A stretch of 64,000 nt of DNA, taken from Nitrososphaeraceae archaeon. GTDB taxonomy: Archaea; Thermoproteota; Nitrososphaeria; Nitrososphaerales; Nitrososphaeraceae. The notes below the pieces were generated by a model, which was not told the origin of the DNA, made no database searches, and was given only the letters and a program-made list of their open reading frames with translations. The DNA is taken from positions 1 through 64,000 of the forward strand of contig DATFEP010000061.1 of assembly GCA_035250975.1 (NCBI GenBank). The letters are read 5' to 3'. Position numbers and translations under genes: made by a program. Positions within the stretch are counted from its first letter, which is position 1. Each line of letters opens with the position of its first letter. Below are positions 10,734 through 20,575 of the stretch, in pieces.

Positions 10734-11484
10734 TAATCTATGTTCAGGAAATTATTTAAAACAATTCATTTGTTTCAACAAATCATGTTTCTATTGATTT
10801 AATTTTTTATCATCATGTAATTTGCTATATCTGAAAATAATCATTTCAAAAAAATTTTTCTAAAAGAAATTTTTGTTGTTAGTTCCTCATGGGATTTTTT
10901 ATTTTTATATTTTTCCCAACAAATAATATTATGAAAAATGTGTTCTCAATTAGGTTCCTATGAAAAAAACGCGAAAACAATAGAATGTCTATTTATAATA
11001 TCATTTTTCAAGATATGAGGCGTGATCAACCATATTCTCAATTAAAATGCTTTTCTAAATTTTGTATTCAGTGGCTTTTTTAAAATTATGAAGGTATGAA
11101 TATTCACCTTAATAATATTTGTAAGAAATGATTCAAATAATAATTCACTATTGCTGGAGTCAAAAACACTAGCTAATTTCTTTTAAACTATAATTGAAAA
11201 ATTTTATTAGGTAGATCTATAACTTTACTGACATAGTAAGATTAAATAAATTAAAACTGAAGTGAGCGCAAATCCGAAATCTGAAATATGTCGTTTTGAT
11301 TTGATTCCTGAGATATTATGATCTAATCTATTTCCAGACTGATAATTACAAAAATTTCTTTACGATATAATCAGTTTTTTTATTTGTAATGAAAAAATAT
11401 TTGATGGTAAATCATTTTTTTGAGAGCTCTATCAAACCTTAAAAGAAACATGAAACTATTACAAATATCTACTATAATGTGATT

Positions 11485-11755
11485 TAGTTATCGATTACAG
11501 TCAAATATAACTAGGTTACCTCCAAGTCCGATTGTATCGCTCTTCAAATAAAAGTTATTTAATAGGAAAGATGTCTATTACTCTAGCGATATTGCTAGTC
11601 TCACGTCTTGCTGCCAACCCAATAGTGACGAAGAAAGCGAAACATTATTTTCCCACCTATCCTCTGTTCAGCATGCTTTACATGAAGACCAGACTATTGA
11701 TAAATTGCAATGCCTAGCAGAATTGTGATTAGTCTCATTCCCACTAATAGACTAA
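11485..11755 (-). ncRNA. Candidate structured non-coding RNA (unidentified; strand tentative)
   Basis: GC-enriched intergenic patch with nested complementary blocks; G-U pairs in the outer stems favour the minus strand. Confidence 0.4.
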
Positions 11756-11897
11756 AATTTTTTTTATTTTCAAGACATTTAGATTAATTAATATTCTTAT
11801 AGTCTTATTATATGGCAGATTGTGCAGATTTTTATCTCTCTCAAATTAATGATGAATCTAGTGATAAAGATTGATAGAACTAGAAAATAATAAATAT

Positions 11898-12335
11898 TTA
11901 TTCAGGACAAAGCCAACCGATAACATTTAATATATTTTCACTTTTAATTGATATTTTAATTGGTCCCAATGGTGATTCTTCCTCGTTATCAACTAAGACT
12001 ATTATCCCTTTGGTGGCTGCCTGTTTATTAATATAAAACCAAGTCACGTTTTCTTGTAGATGAGATAATAATAGTCTTCGAAGTACAGATATAACCGATC
12101 TATTTCTAACTTGTTCATATATGGAATTTAGAACTTTATAGTTATTGGATTTTCCTATTACCAAATTGTTTCCATATTTCCTATACTCAATGCCAACTTC
12201 ACCAATTATTAAATTAATGACATCCAATACCTTAGAAGGATCTTCTGATGCATTTATTGAAGATGAAACCTGTATTTCTAATTTGAGATCAGATGGAAAT
12301 TTGCTTATCTTTTCAGATGATGACATTTTTAACAT
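11898..12335 (-). CDS. UPF0201 RNA-binding domain protein
   Basis: INASEDPSKV, FYINKQAA, EESPLGPI; typical partner of the upstream P-loop gene. Confidence 0.85.
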   Translation of the reverse strand: MLKMSSSEKISKFPSDLKLEIQVSSSINASEDPSKVLDVINLIIGEVGIEYRKYGNNLVIGKSNNYKVLNSIYEQVRNRSVISVLRRLLLSHLQENVTWFYINKQAATKGIIVLVDNEEESPLGPIKISIKSENILNVIGWLCPE

Positions 12336-12904
12336 CTAATTGATAGTAACCAATTTCGTGATATTTGTTTTGCTTGTTCTTTTAATTGATGTAAGGAAAT
12401 TTCATTATTTGAGATAATTTCATCTGCAAACGCTATTGCTTCACTCACTCCAACAGATAGCTCCCTTTTGTCTCTTAGTAAACATTCTTTTAGAGTAGAG
12501 GGAGCATCACTTCTAGAACGATCTTTTAAGTGTCTAAATCTCGTGTCAATAGACCCATGAATTGATAAGATCTTCACTACACCTATTGTCTTTAACAAAT
12601 CTATTTCATGAATGCTTCTTATACCATCTATTACAAATTTACAATGCAATTCATCATTGTATTTTTCGGATATCTGACTAATAATTAAAGTAGCAATAGC
12701 TCCCGGACCTAAATCCTTTCTTAATTTTAGCATAAGGTAGCCCAAATTTTCATCGGTAGGTTCCAATTTTCTTTTTTTTGCTTCCATTCTAACACAATCA
12801 CCCATATTTAGGAGAGTAAAACCTTCTTCCTCCAATGCTTTTGCTACTGTAGTTTTGCCAGCTCCTGGCATTCCAGTTAAGCAAATGATAAATTTCGTTT
12901 TAAT
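12329..12904 (-). CDS. Dephospho-CoA kinase-like P-loop protein (UPF0200); start uncertain, possibly ATT 12904
   Basis: IICLTGMPGAGKTT, MGDCVR, IDGIRS, RDKRELSVG. Confidence 0.85.
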   Translation of the reverse strand: MKTKFIICLTGMPGAGKTTVAKALEEEGFTLLNMGDCVRMEAKKRKLEPTDENLGYLMLKLRKDLGPGAIATLIISQISEKYNDELHCKFVIDGIRSIHEIDLLKTIGVVKILSIHGSIDTRFRHLKDRSRSDAPSTLKECLLRDKRELSVGVSEAIAFADEIISNNEISLHQLKEQAKQISRNWLLSIRC

Positions 12905-13357
12905 TTGATAGTCACCACAATTGATTAGAATAAAACCAGATCTGTTATCAACCTTATGCTATAAATGGAAAAAAGTTTTTCGAAAATCAATCGTCCAAAT
13001 CATTTGTAGACGTATTAAATACGGATAACATCGAGTTCTGGATAAGAAGATTAAAGAAGAGATAGACATTCTAGAATCCTATTTATTTTTATGAAATCAG
13101 TTATGTCATATTTGGTTATGCCGTGTTAGATATAAATGGTGTGGATATTCAATTAGTCCTTAAATAATATTGATTCCAAAAATTTTTGGTAAAAATTCAC
13201 TACTAAATGTCATGAGATAGTAGTATTCTAATTTAATGCCTGATAGTGATACAAGAAAACTGAAAACATAGAATGACTGAATTTATATTATTCACCATTT
13301 GATTAACTAGAAATAAAAGAAAAATACAAATACGCAAACCTTTAATGTGTTTACATC

Positions 13358-13525
13358 ATGCCAATAACCGATGCCATAAAAAAGCAAATAGCCCAACAAA
13401 GGAGATTATTTTATAAAATATGTTTTAAATGCGGTGGTAGAAATCCTATTTCATCCGGCAGATGTCGAAAATGCCACAGCCAACATATGAGATTAAAGAA
13501 TAGAAATGTAGGTGCTAAAAAATAA
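13358..13525 (+). CDS. rpl40e: 50S ribosomal protein L40e (missed by ORF track)
   Basis: MPITDAIKKQIAQQRRLFYKICFKCGGRNPISSGRCRKCHSQHMRLKNRNVGAKK zinc ribbon. Confidence 0.95.
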   Translation: MPITDAIKKQIAQQRRLFYKICFKCGGRNPISSGRCRKCHSQHMRLKNRNVGAKK

Positions 13526-13614
13526 GATTTCCTAGTGACATTACTATTGAATACTAGATCGAATTATTAAACTATAGTTATACAGTTCGAATGTAAATAG
13601 TAAAAAAGAAAAAA

Positions 13615-15339
13615 CTACCAGTAATTCGCTTTTATTTTTTCTATTGCTCTTTCGTGTTCGGGACCTTTTTTTCTTGCGAACTTTTCCATAGATGACAAGG
13701 GAATACCTCCTAATGTTTTAGCTAATCCCGAGAAGAAGGTGTTTTTAATTGGATTCTCACGCCCTACCTTTGACATGAACTTTTGAATTCCATGACTGAA
13801 ATTATGTTGCCATGTTTTATACATAACCCCGAGTTTACCTGCATCCATTGTATTTCCAATATCAAAAAAATCTGATTTTTCAAGTAACCCAATAGGAACA
13901 AAAGTTAATGGTGTAACAGTAAACTTTGAGTCGGGCTGCTCTTGCTCTAGTTCGTGAATTAATCGAATGGTCTCCCAACTGTCATCAATAGTTTCATTAT
14001 TATCTAGTCCCATTATGAGGGTAAAAGCAGGAACCCAATAATGCTCATTCAGAGTTTTTACCCCTTCTTTAACTACCCAATGCCATTCTGATGGTTTGAA
14101 AGGAGCTAATTTTCTATCGGCATATTTTCCAATTAACCTAATACTGCCAGTTTCGAATCCACATTGGATTCCGATGAAGTTATCTGGCCCAGACTTTATT
14201 ATTCTTGAAATATTTGGGATCAGTCTCTCATCTGCAATCGCACCTGCCAAAGTTCCATGAGTCGGATTCGTGTGTTCAATTCCTGTATCCATAATTCCTT
14301 TGAATAATTCCTCTATAGCTTCTCTATTTGGTTGCATGTTCTTTGTGGTTCTTGGATTTAATCCATAGACGAAAATATCATCGCTTTGTATCCAAGCATT
14401 CTTCAAACCTCCATATTTCATATTAATTTCGATTTCTTGTTGTACTTTTTCTACAGGATAATATCGAAGAGGACGTAAAGTAACATCACAAAATTTGCAT
14501 CCCCTACCACAGCCTCTCATCACTTCAATCATCCCATGCATACTAGGATGAACAATGTTAGGAATTTCATCAACAGAAGGTTCATCAGAATAATGAATAA
14601 ATCTACCATGATATTTCCTATCATTTTTTGAAAATTCTTTTATTTCAACCTTAAACTTGTTCTTTTTAAATGGGTTTGCTGTTTCTAGGTCTCCATTTAT
14701 CAAAGCATCAAAAAAACTGCCACCTGCCCCATCTATTTCAGGGCCAATACCACCCAAATCGCCCTCTACTATTCCATATATACCATATTCTTCGATCTTC
14801 GCTGGATCATAATTATATTGCCAGGTTCCAGAAGCACCGACAACCACCTTGGCTTTACTTCCATTCTTAGCCTTGGCAGAATTTATTTTCATATGTAACT
14901 CTCTATTATAAAATTCGTCATAAGACATTGTTTTTCTGCCATATGTAAACGTCATCGTTACAGGTCCCATTCCAAGAGGATCCATTTCATAAGTCCCTAC
15001 TACTTCTGTTTCTGGTCCAATAAATTTATCAATATGATCTGGATGTGCAACTACTACATCTTCAGGTTTGTATCCATCTCGAAGAAGAGAGGCTTCAACT
15101 TTACGTAACCCATAAGGAGCATAGTTTGCGATTCCATCATTATGTCCTATTGGATTACAGATGAAATCAAATAACACTCTTGGAGTCACCTGATTTTTAA
15201 GAATATAATACCAGAAAGAATCCTTCGTTCTACTATTATCTATAGCTGGGGCACAACCAAAAAATGATGCTAAAGAGATTCCTCTATAAGGGGACATTAG
15301 CGTACGGTCCGCAGATAAAACTACTTTCGGATATTTCAT
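13615..15339 (-). CDS. Radical SAM protein, GDGT ring synthase (GrsA/GrsB)-like
   Basis: CGRGCKFC cluster motif; N-terminal VVLSADR, APYGLRKVEA, DPLGMGPV motifs recalled from the Grs family. Confidence 0.75.
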   Translation of the reverse strand: MKYPKVVLSADRTLMSPYRGISLASFFGCAPAIDNSRTKDSFWYYILKNQVTPRVLFDFICNPIGHNDGIANYAPYGLRKVEASLLRDGYKPEDVVVAHPDHIDKFIGPETEVVGTYEMDPLGMGPVTMTFTYGRKTMSYDEFYNRELHMKINSAKAKNGSKAKVVVGASGTWQYNYDPAKIEEYGIYGIVEGDLGGIGPEIDGAGGSFFDALINGDLETANPFKKNKFKVEIKEFSKNDRKYHGRFIHYSDEPSVDEIPNIVHPSMHGMIEVMRGCGRGCKFCDVTLRPLRYYPVEKVQQEIEINMKYGGLKNAWIQSDDIFVYGLNPRTTKNMQPNREAIEELFKGIMDTGIEHTNPTHGTLAGAIADERLIPNISRIIKSGPDNFIGIQCGFETGSIRLIGKYADRKLAPFKPSEWHWVVKEGVKTLNEHYWVPAFTLIMGLDNNETIDDSWETIRLIHELEQEQPDSKFTVTPLTFVPIGLLEKSDFFDIGNTMDAGKLGVMYKTWQHNFSHGIQKFMSKVGRENPIKNTFFSGLAKTLGGIPLSSMEKFARKKGPEHERAIEKIKANYW

Positions 15340-15495
15340 TCTAAATCTTGATCCTAATTATAAAAGGTGAAAATTGGGTAGATTTTAACTTTTCCCAACG
15401 TTCCCGGTGATTTCTTAATGGAATTTTTATTTTGAGCAATTAATATTGTAAAAAGTGGAAGTAGGTATTAAATATGATTCTAATAAGTCTAGTTT

Positions 15496-15672
15496 ATGGA
15501 AAATAAAGTTAATTGTAATATTTGCAATAAATTAATTATAGAAAACAATTTAGAACAACATGTTTCTTCTAAGCAACACATTAATAATAAAAATACCCTA
15601 ATAAAAGAACTAGATTTTAACAAAGATAATCAAGATTTTCTAGAATCAGTAGTATCCAAATGGCAAAATTAA
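15496..15672 (+). CDS. 58-aa C2H2 zinc-finger microprotein (missed by ORF track)
   Basis: MENKVNCNICNKLIIENNLEQHVSSKQH: C-x2-C-x11-H-x5-H. Confidence 0.7.
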   Translation: MENKVNCNICNKLIIENNLEQHVSSKQHINNKNTLIKELDFNKDNQDFLESVVSKWQN

Positions 15673-15682
15673 GTATCTAAAT

Positions 15683-16447
15683 TTATACAAGCGATAACAA
15701 TAAACTACAAGCGACAACTATCAATGCTACTGAGAAAATTTTTCTCAGCAGGTTCTCTTTGAAGGAATGAAGGTACTTTGACCCCAACTGTGCTCCCAAA
15801 AAAGATCCGGATGCCAATGCAATGCCCAAAAAATATTCGGGGTGCTCCAAGATAATATGAGTTCCCAGTCCGGTAGCCGAGCTTAACAATAATGTAAATT
15901 GAGAAGTAGGACTAGCATTTATCATTTTCATCTCAAAAATAATTACCAAAATTGGTACAAAAATTATACCACCTCCTACACCAAAAAAACTTGAAATAAT
16001 GCCAGCCGTAAATGTTCCGATTACGAATAGTGGGTAAAACATGTATTTAGGAATATGAAAATTAGCAGTATAGATCATTCTATCTTTAAATAATATATAT
16101 ATTCCAACCGTTATCAGTAGAACTGCAAAATAAATCTTGAATGAATCTAATGACGCATCTTTTGATAAGAAGCTGCCAACTATTGATCCAGGGATGGCCG
16201 GTAGAGCTAATTTCAATCCCAAAGAATAGTTAATATATTTTTTTTTAATGTAGGTTATGGTTGATGATAAACTGGTTGCTGTCACCGCTAAAAGACTGGA
16301 ACTAGCAATAACATAAGGAGGAAATCCTAGAAACGCAAGAGCAGGAGTCATAATAATACCTCCTCCTACACCTATTAGCGCTCCTAAAAGACCAGCCCCA
16401 AATCCAATGGTAATTAATAGAATAAAAATAAACTCGAACAAATTCAT
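15683..16447 (-). CDS. TauE/SafE sulfite exporter family membrane protein
   Basis: Duplicated GVGGGII(M/F)xP motif, highly hydrophobic. Confidence 0.9.
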   Translation of the reverse strand: MNLFEFIFILLITIGFGAGLLGALIGVGGGIIMTPALAFLGFPPYVIASSSLLAVTATSLSSTITYIKKKYINYSLGLKLALPAIPGSIVGSFLSKDASLDSFKIYFAVLLITVGIYILFKDRMIYTANFHIPKYMFYPLFVIGTFTAGIISSFFGVGGGIIFVPILVIIFEMKMINASPTSQFTLLLSSATGLGTHIILEHPEYFLGIALASGSFLGAQLGSKYLHSFKENLLRKIFSVALIVVACSLLLSLV

Positions 16448-16678
16448 ACACTAATCCATAATATTTTTCAGTCTGGAAAGCACTGGTAATAAAATATTCA
16501 TCAATTCCAAATTATTAAAATCATGTATGTTATTTAATTTTGTTGAAGGAAAAAATATAGCTTTCATTAACTAAACTCATGAGATCGCTTAATGGTTAAT
16601 ATCATTTAGAATATTGTTAGATGATCGGATTATTATAAAATATAAGTATATTATAATTTAGGATAATACTAGTCAGCA

Positions 16679-17692
16679 ATGAGAATTATATTAATTGGAT
16701 TTGGAGTTATAGGTCAAAGTTTTACAAAACTCCTTCTTTCTAAATCAGTCGATTTATACAATCTATATGGAATGAAACCTAGGATAGTTGCTTGCGTGGA
16801 CAGTAAAGGATCCGCAGTAGACCAATCTGGTCTCGACCTTCAGAGATTGTTAGAAGTTAAGAAAAATACTGGTACTGTAGGAGGATTTGATAACAACTTA
16901 AAGGTCATCGATCCTTTGCAAATTATAGAATCTGTTGATGCAGAAGTAGTATTAGAATTGACTCCTACAAATTTAAAGAATGGTGAACCAGGCTTATCTC
17001 ACATAATATCGGCAATGAAATGTGGAAAAAATGTAATAACAGTAAATAAAGGTCCATTATCTGTGGCTTTCCCTTCTTTAATAGAATTGGCTAATTTTAA
17101 TGGAATATTGTTCAGATTTAGCGGAACTGTCGGAGGAGGAACACCAATACTAGAATTTGCAAAAAGGTGTCTAAAAGGAGATAGAATTGTATCTTTCAAG
17201 GGCATATTAAATGGAACAACAAATTATATTTTAACCAAAATGGAAGATAAGTTGACATTTACTGAAGCCTTAAATGATGCACAAATAAAAGGATATGCAG
17301 AAACTGTGCCCTCGTTAGATGTCGATGGTTTTGATGCTGCTGCAAAATTGGTAATTATGTCGAATTGGTTGATGGATATGAAAGTAACCTTAAATGATGT
17401 AGAGAGAACCGGTATTACTAAAGTGCAAACAGATGAAGTAATAGAAGCAGAAAAAAGGGGGAATTCGATAAAATTGATAGCTAGTTGCGAGAAAAAAAGA
17501 TTATCCGTAAAACCATTGGAAGTATCAAAATTAGATCCCATCTGTGTAAGTGGAACATTAAATGCTGTTACGTTTACACTAGAATATGCTGGCGATCAAA
17601 CGATAATTGGGAGAGGGGCTGGAGGAATAGAGACCGCCAGTGCAGTATTAAGAGACATTATAGATATAAGAGATAATATAATAAATGTATAA
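16679..17692 (+). CDS. hom: Homoserine dehydrogenase
   Basis: GFGVIG, TVNKGP, GILNGTTNYIL, DAAAK, GRGAGGIETA. Confidence 0.95.
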   Translation: MRIILIGFGVIGQSFTKLLLSKSVDLYNLYGMKPRIVACVDSKGSAVDQSGLDLQRLLEVKKNTGTVGGFDNNLKVIDPLQIIESVDAEVVLELTPTNLKNGEPGLSHIISAMKCGKNVITVNKGPLSVAFPSLIELANFNGILFRFSGTVGGGTPILEFAKRCLKGDRIVSFKGILNGTTNYILTKMEDKLTFTEALNDAQIKGYAETVPSLDVDGFDAAAKLVIMSNWLMDMKVTLNDVERTGITKVQTDEVIEAEKRGNSIKLIASCEKKRLSVKPLEVSKLDPICVSGTLNAVTFTLEYAGDQTIIGRGAGGIETASAVLRDIIDIRDNIINV

Positions 17693-17784
17693 AACTTAAA
17701 ATTAAATACCTTAAATGTAGACAAAATTGTTTCTTGGTGTCAATGTCAAAAGGATTATTAGCCAGAATTAGACTTCTTAAATAA

Positions 17785-18435
17785 ATGTACAGCGAAGAAA
17801 TGGAAGTTCAAGCTAAGAGAAAAGCACTGGCAGTTTTACTTGATGAAATTAACAAAATAATAAATTCTGCTAGCGAGTTATCGAATTTGACTGTATCATT
17901 AATTAACGAAGAAAATGATGATATCAAGACAAGTTTAGAGAGAATTAGAGCTACAGAGGATGAAGTAGAAAATATAAGAAGAAAAATTATCCGAGAAGTA
18001 GCTGAAATTGGTAGATTGATGGGATACAGAGAAGACGTCCTTAGATCAGCCTACATAATAGATGATATCGTGGACTATATTAGTGGAATTGCTTTTAGAT
18101 TGTCTAATATGAACATCTCTCTTCTTAAAAAATCAAACTATGATAAAGATATTAAAACATTAATAGATAAAGTAGTCGAGTCTATTTTTAAACTGAATGA
18201 AATGGCGCGTGCATTGAGCATCAATCCTGTAAATACTATTGAATTAGCTCAAGTACAAAAATTAGAGAGAGAAGTAAATGCAAAATATAGAAATATGATC
18301 ATAAAAGCATTTAAGGAAACAGAACATACAGAAGAATTATTACTTTTGAAAGACACCGTAGAGGGAATAGAAGGAATGGCTGATAAATGTCAGGAAGCCT
18401 CTGATTCCTTTACAATACTAGCATTAAGCCTATAA
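17785..18435 (+). CDS. DUF47 / PhoU-like protein
   Basis: EDEVENIRR, REDVL, DDIVD, EGMADKCQEASD helical repeats. Confidence 0.8.
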   Translation: MYSEEMEVQAKRKALAVLLDEINKIINSASELSNLTVSLINEENDDIKTSLERIRATEDEVENIRRKIIREVAEIGRLMGYREDVLRSAYIIDDIVDYISGIAFRLSNMNISLLKKSNYDKDIKTLIDKVVESIFKLNEMARALSINPVNTIELAQVQKLEREVNAKYRNMIIKAFKETEHTEELLLLKDTVEGIEGMADKCQEASDSFTILALSL

Positions 18436-18439
18436 AGTA

Positions 18440-18994
18440 ATGAAAGATAAAAAAATTATAGGCGAATTAATCGAAAACAGAGTTATAGTTTGGAACATTT
18501 TAGAATCAAGGGATCTGTTTGGTAATGGGTATTTTGGAAAACCTCTGGGAGTTCCCAAACCAAAAGGAATTAATTTTGACTCTCCATTGATACTTGATTT
18601 AGTAGAAAGTTACTATCTGATCCAGAAAGGAAAACTTAAAGTTATTTCAAGAGACAAGTTATTATCTTTACGCGATATGAAGGAAATTTGTAGAAAACAA
18701 TATGATAAATTCGATTTAAAATATACAGTATTTCAGAATTTGAGGGACAGAGGATATGTGGTATCACCTGGAATAAAATTTGGATGTGATTTTGCAGTAT
18801 ATGAACATGGTCCGGGAATAGACCATGCACCATTTTTAGTGCAGGTATTAAATGCCGACGAGTTAATTACGGCTACAAATATTATTTTATCAGGAAGACT
18901 TGCTACTACAGTTAAAAAACAATTCATAATTGCAATTCCTAAAATGAAGGATAAGAGTGTACAGTTTATAGCGTTTGATTGGTGGAGGGCCTAG
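18440..18994 (+). CDS. endA: tRNA intron endonuclease, catalytic subunit
   Basis: GIKFGCDFAVYEHGPGIDHAPF and GRLATTVKK (Y/H/K triad); GYFGKPLGVPKPK loop. Confidence 0.95.
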   Translation: MKDKKIIGELIENRVIVWNILESRDLFGNGYFGKPLGVPKPKGINFDSPLILDLVESYYLIQKGKLKVISRDKLLSLRDMKEICRKQYDKFDLKYTVFQNLRDRGYVVSPGIKFGCDFAVYEHGPGIDHAPFLVQVLNADELITATNIILSGRLATTVKKQFIIAIPKMKDKSVQFIAFDWWRA

Positions 18995-19517
18995 AATATC
19001 ACTATAATGAAATCAGTATAATAACATCCCCAATGTTGGTTTATTCTATAAAAAAATTTTCTTCCAATAAAATTTAATAAAATTCTGACCATTTTTTTGA
19101 AATAATTTTCACCAAGGAAAGAGATTGGAATTCTGTCATTTGCCAAATAAAGAATAACTAATCTAATTGATAAATAACAATTGTTATTTGGTTATGTTAT
19201 TTTAACTGTATTATTATTCAAGTTTAAACCAGCCGTTTACGGTTGTATCATTATTGTGCAAGTAATAATAAATTGATATAGCGTGGAACCTAACTAGATT
19301 CATCCACGGAAATTTTTTTTCTAAAATACTAGGTTGTGTACTAATAATCGCTGATTGTTTTTTTATAAATATTATTAATGATAAAAATTCATAACACAAT
19401 TAAAAAGAGGAAAATATCAGAGTAATAAGATTGTATAGAGTGTAATTTTCACTGAAGAAACCTTATCGTATTAATCACAAAGATAAAATAAGTCAAATTT
19501 TGCATAATACTAAATAC

Positions 19518-19736
19518 ATGGACAGGATAAAGAGATTATCTAATGAACTTTTAGAGAGATATCATGACAAATTTACTATTAACTTTGATGAAAATAAAAA
19601 AAGTATTTCTGATTTAGCTACAATTCCATCCAAGCTTTTGAGGAACAAGATAGCTGGATACATTACGTCAAAATTAAAAAGGGATGCGGATCAGGAAAAG
19701 ACTGAATATGCTGAAGATCAAACAGAAGGGAACTAA
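19518..19736 (+). CDS. rps17e: 30S ribosomal protein S17e
   Basis: MDRIKRLS...FDENK...SKLLRNKIAGYIT. Confidence 0.95.
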   Translation: MDRIKRLSNELLERYHDKFTINFDENKKSISDLATIPSKLLRNKIAGYITSKLKRDADQEKTEYAEDQTEGN

Positions 19737-19744
19737 ATCAAAGC

Positions 19745-19996
19745 TTGATCACCTTGAATCTTATGGGAGGGTTGATATATGCTATTGGTCAGAATAAATT
19801 AACTATAGATAAATCGCAATCATCTATAAAGGAGATTTTAGACATTTTAAAAATCAAATCAAAAGATAAAAAAATCGTTGATAATAATATCATGATATCT
19901 ATTAATGGTATAGATTCTAATGTGTTGGGTGGTCGGAATGCCTCAGTTACTGAGCAAGATAAAATTGTGGCAGTAACAATTGTACATGGGGGTTAA
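19745..19996 (+). CDS. Ubiquitin-like sulfur carrier (MoaD/ThiS/Urm1/SAMP)
   Basis: Beta-grasp size, ISINGID, C-terminal VHGG. Confidence 0.88.
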   Translation: MITLNLMGGLIYAIGQNKLTIDKSQSSIKEILDILKIKSKDKKIVDNNIMISINGIDSNVLGGRNASVTEQDKIVAVTIVHGG

Positions 19997-20543
19997 AAAT
20001 AGCCTTCACACGGATTTGATCTTAAAAAAAATTAATGAGAAATATATTTATTGTCATACTTCTTTTGTAAAAAAAAATAGCGATTATCTAAAAATAATAG
20101 AACGATTAAAAGAAGAATGTCCTAAATCAAATATCCAAATCATTAACACAAAATTGATTTATAATTTCGAACACATATCTGAGGTTTTAAAAATCTCTCT
20201 TTCTGCCAAAGAGAGAGACATTTTGGTTGCTAGAAAAATTGAGATGGATTTTTTAATGCGGATTATTGGAACCAGTCAAATTTCTTATGCAATAAAAATT
20301 GGAGGAATAAAATATGATCAATACAATACACTTGTTGCTTTAAGTGATGATAAATTGGAAGCAAAAAAAATAAGAGAAAAATTATATTTATGGTTTGGTC
20401 ATTCATTTGATAAATTATTGTTAGACAGCAAAGAACAGGCAATAAAATTAAATTATTTTAAAAAAGAATTTCAGAATCATCTTCTTAATGAAAGAATAAT
20501 AATAGATGTCTTAAGAGAAAAAGCTATTTTGGTCACTTTATAA
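19980..20543 (+). CDS. cgi121: KEOPS complex subunit Cgi121 (start uncertain)
   Basis: ARKIEMDFLMRIIGTSQISYAIKIGGIK. Confidence 0.8.
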   Translation: MYMGVKNSLHTDLILKKINEKYIYCHTSFVKKNSDYLKIIERLKEECPKSNIQIINTKLIYNFEHISEVLKISLSAKERDILVARKIEMDFLMRIIGTSQISYAIKIGGIKYDQYNTLVALSDDKLEAKKIREKLYLWFGHSFDKLLLDSKEQAIKLNYFKKEFQNHLLNERIIIDVLREKAILVTL

Positions 20544-20575
20544 TAATTGCAATATTTATTTTTGGATGAATAAAT

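Noticed and set aside
11626-11643. Hammerhead-like GTGACGA...CGAAAC
   Set aside because: Lacks the conserved C of CUGANGA, a proper stem II and flanking stems
11485-11755. Assignment as RNase P or SRP RNA
   Set aside because: No GAGGAAAGUCC / ACAGAA..GGCUUA match and no CAGG-GNRA-AGCAG helix 8; left unassigned
19230-19308. Two short hairpins (CAGCCG/CGGTTG; CGTGGA/TCCACG)
   Set aside because: Only 6-bp stems with no box motifs; compatible with chance
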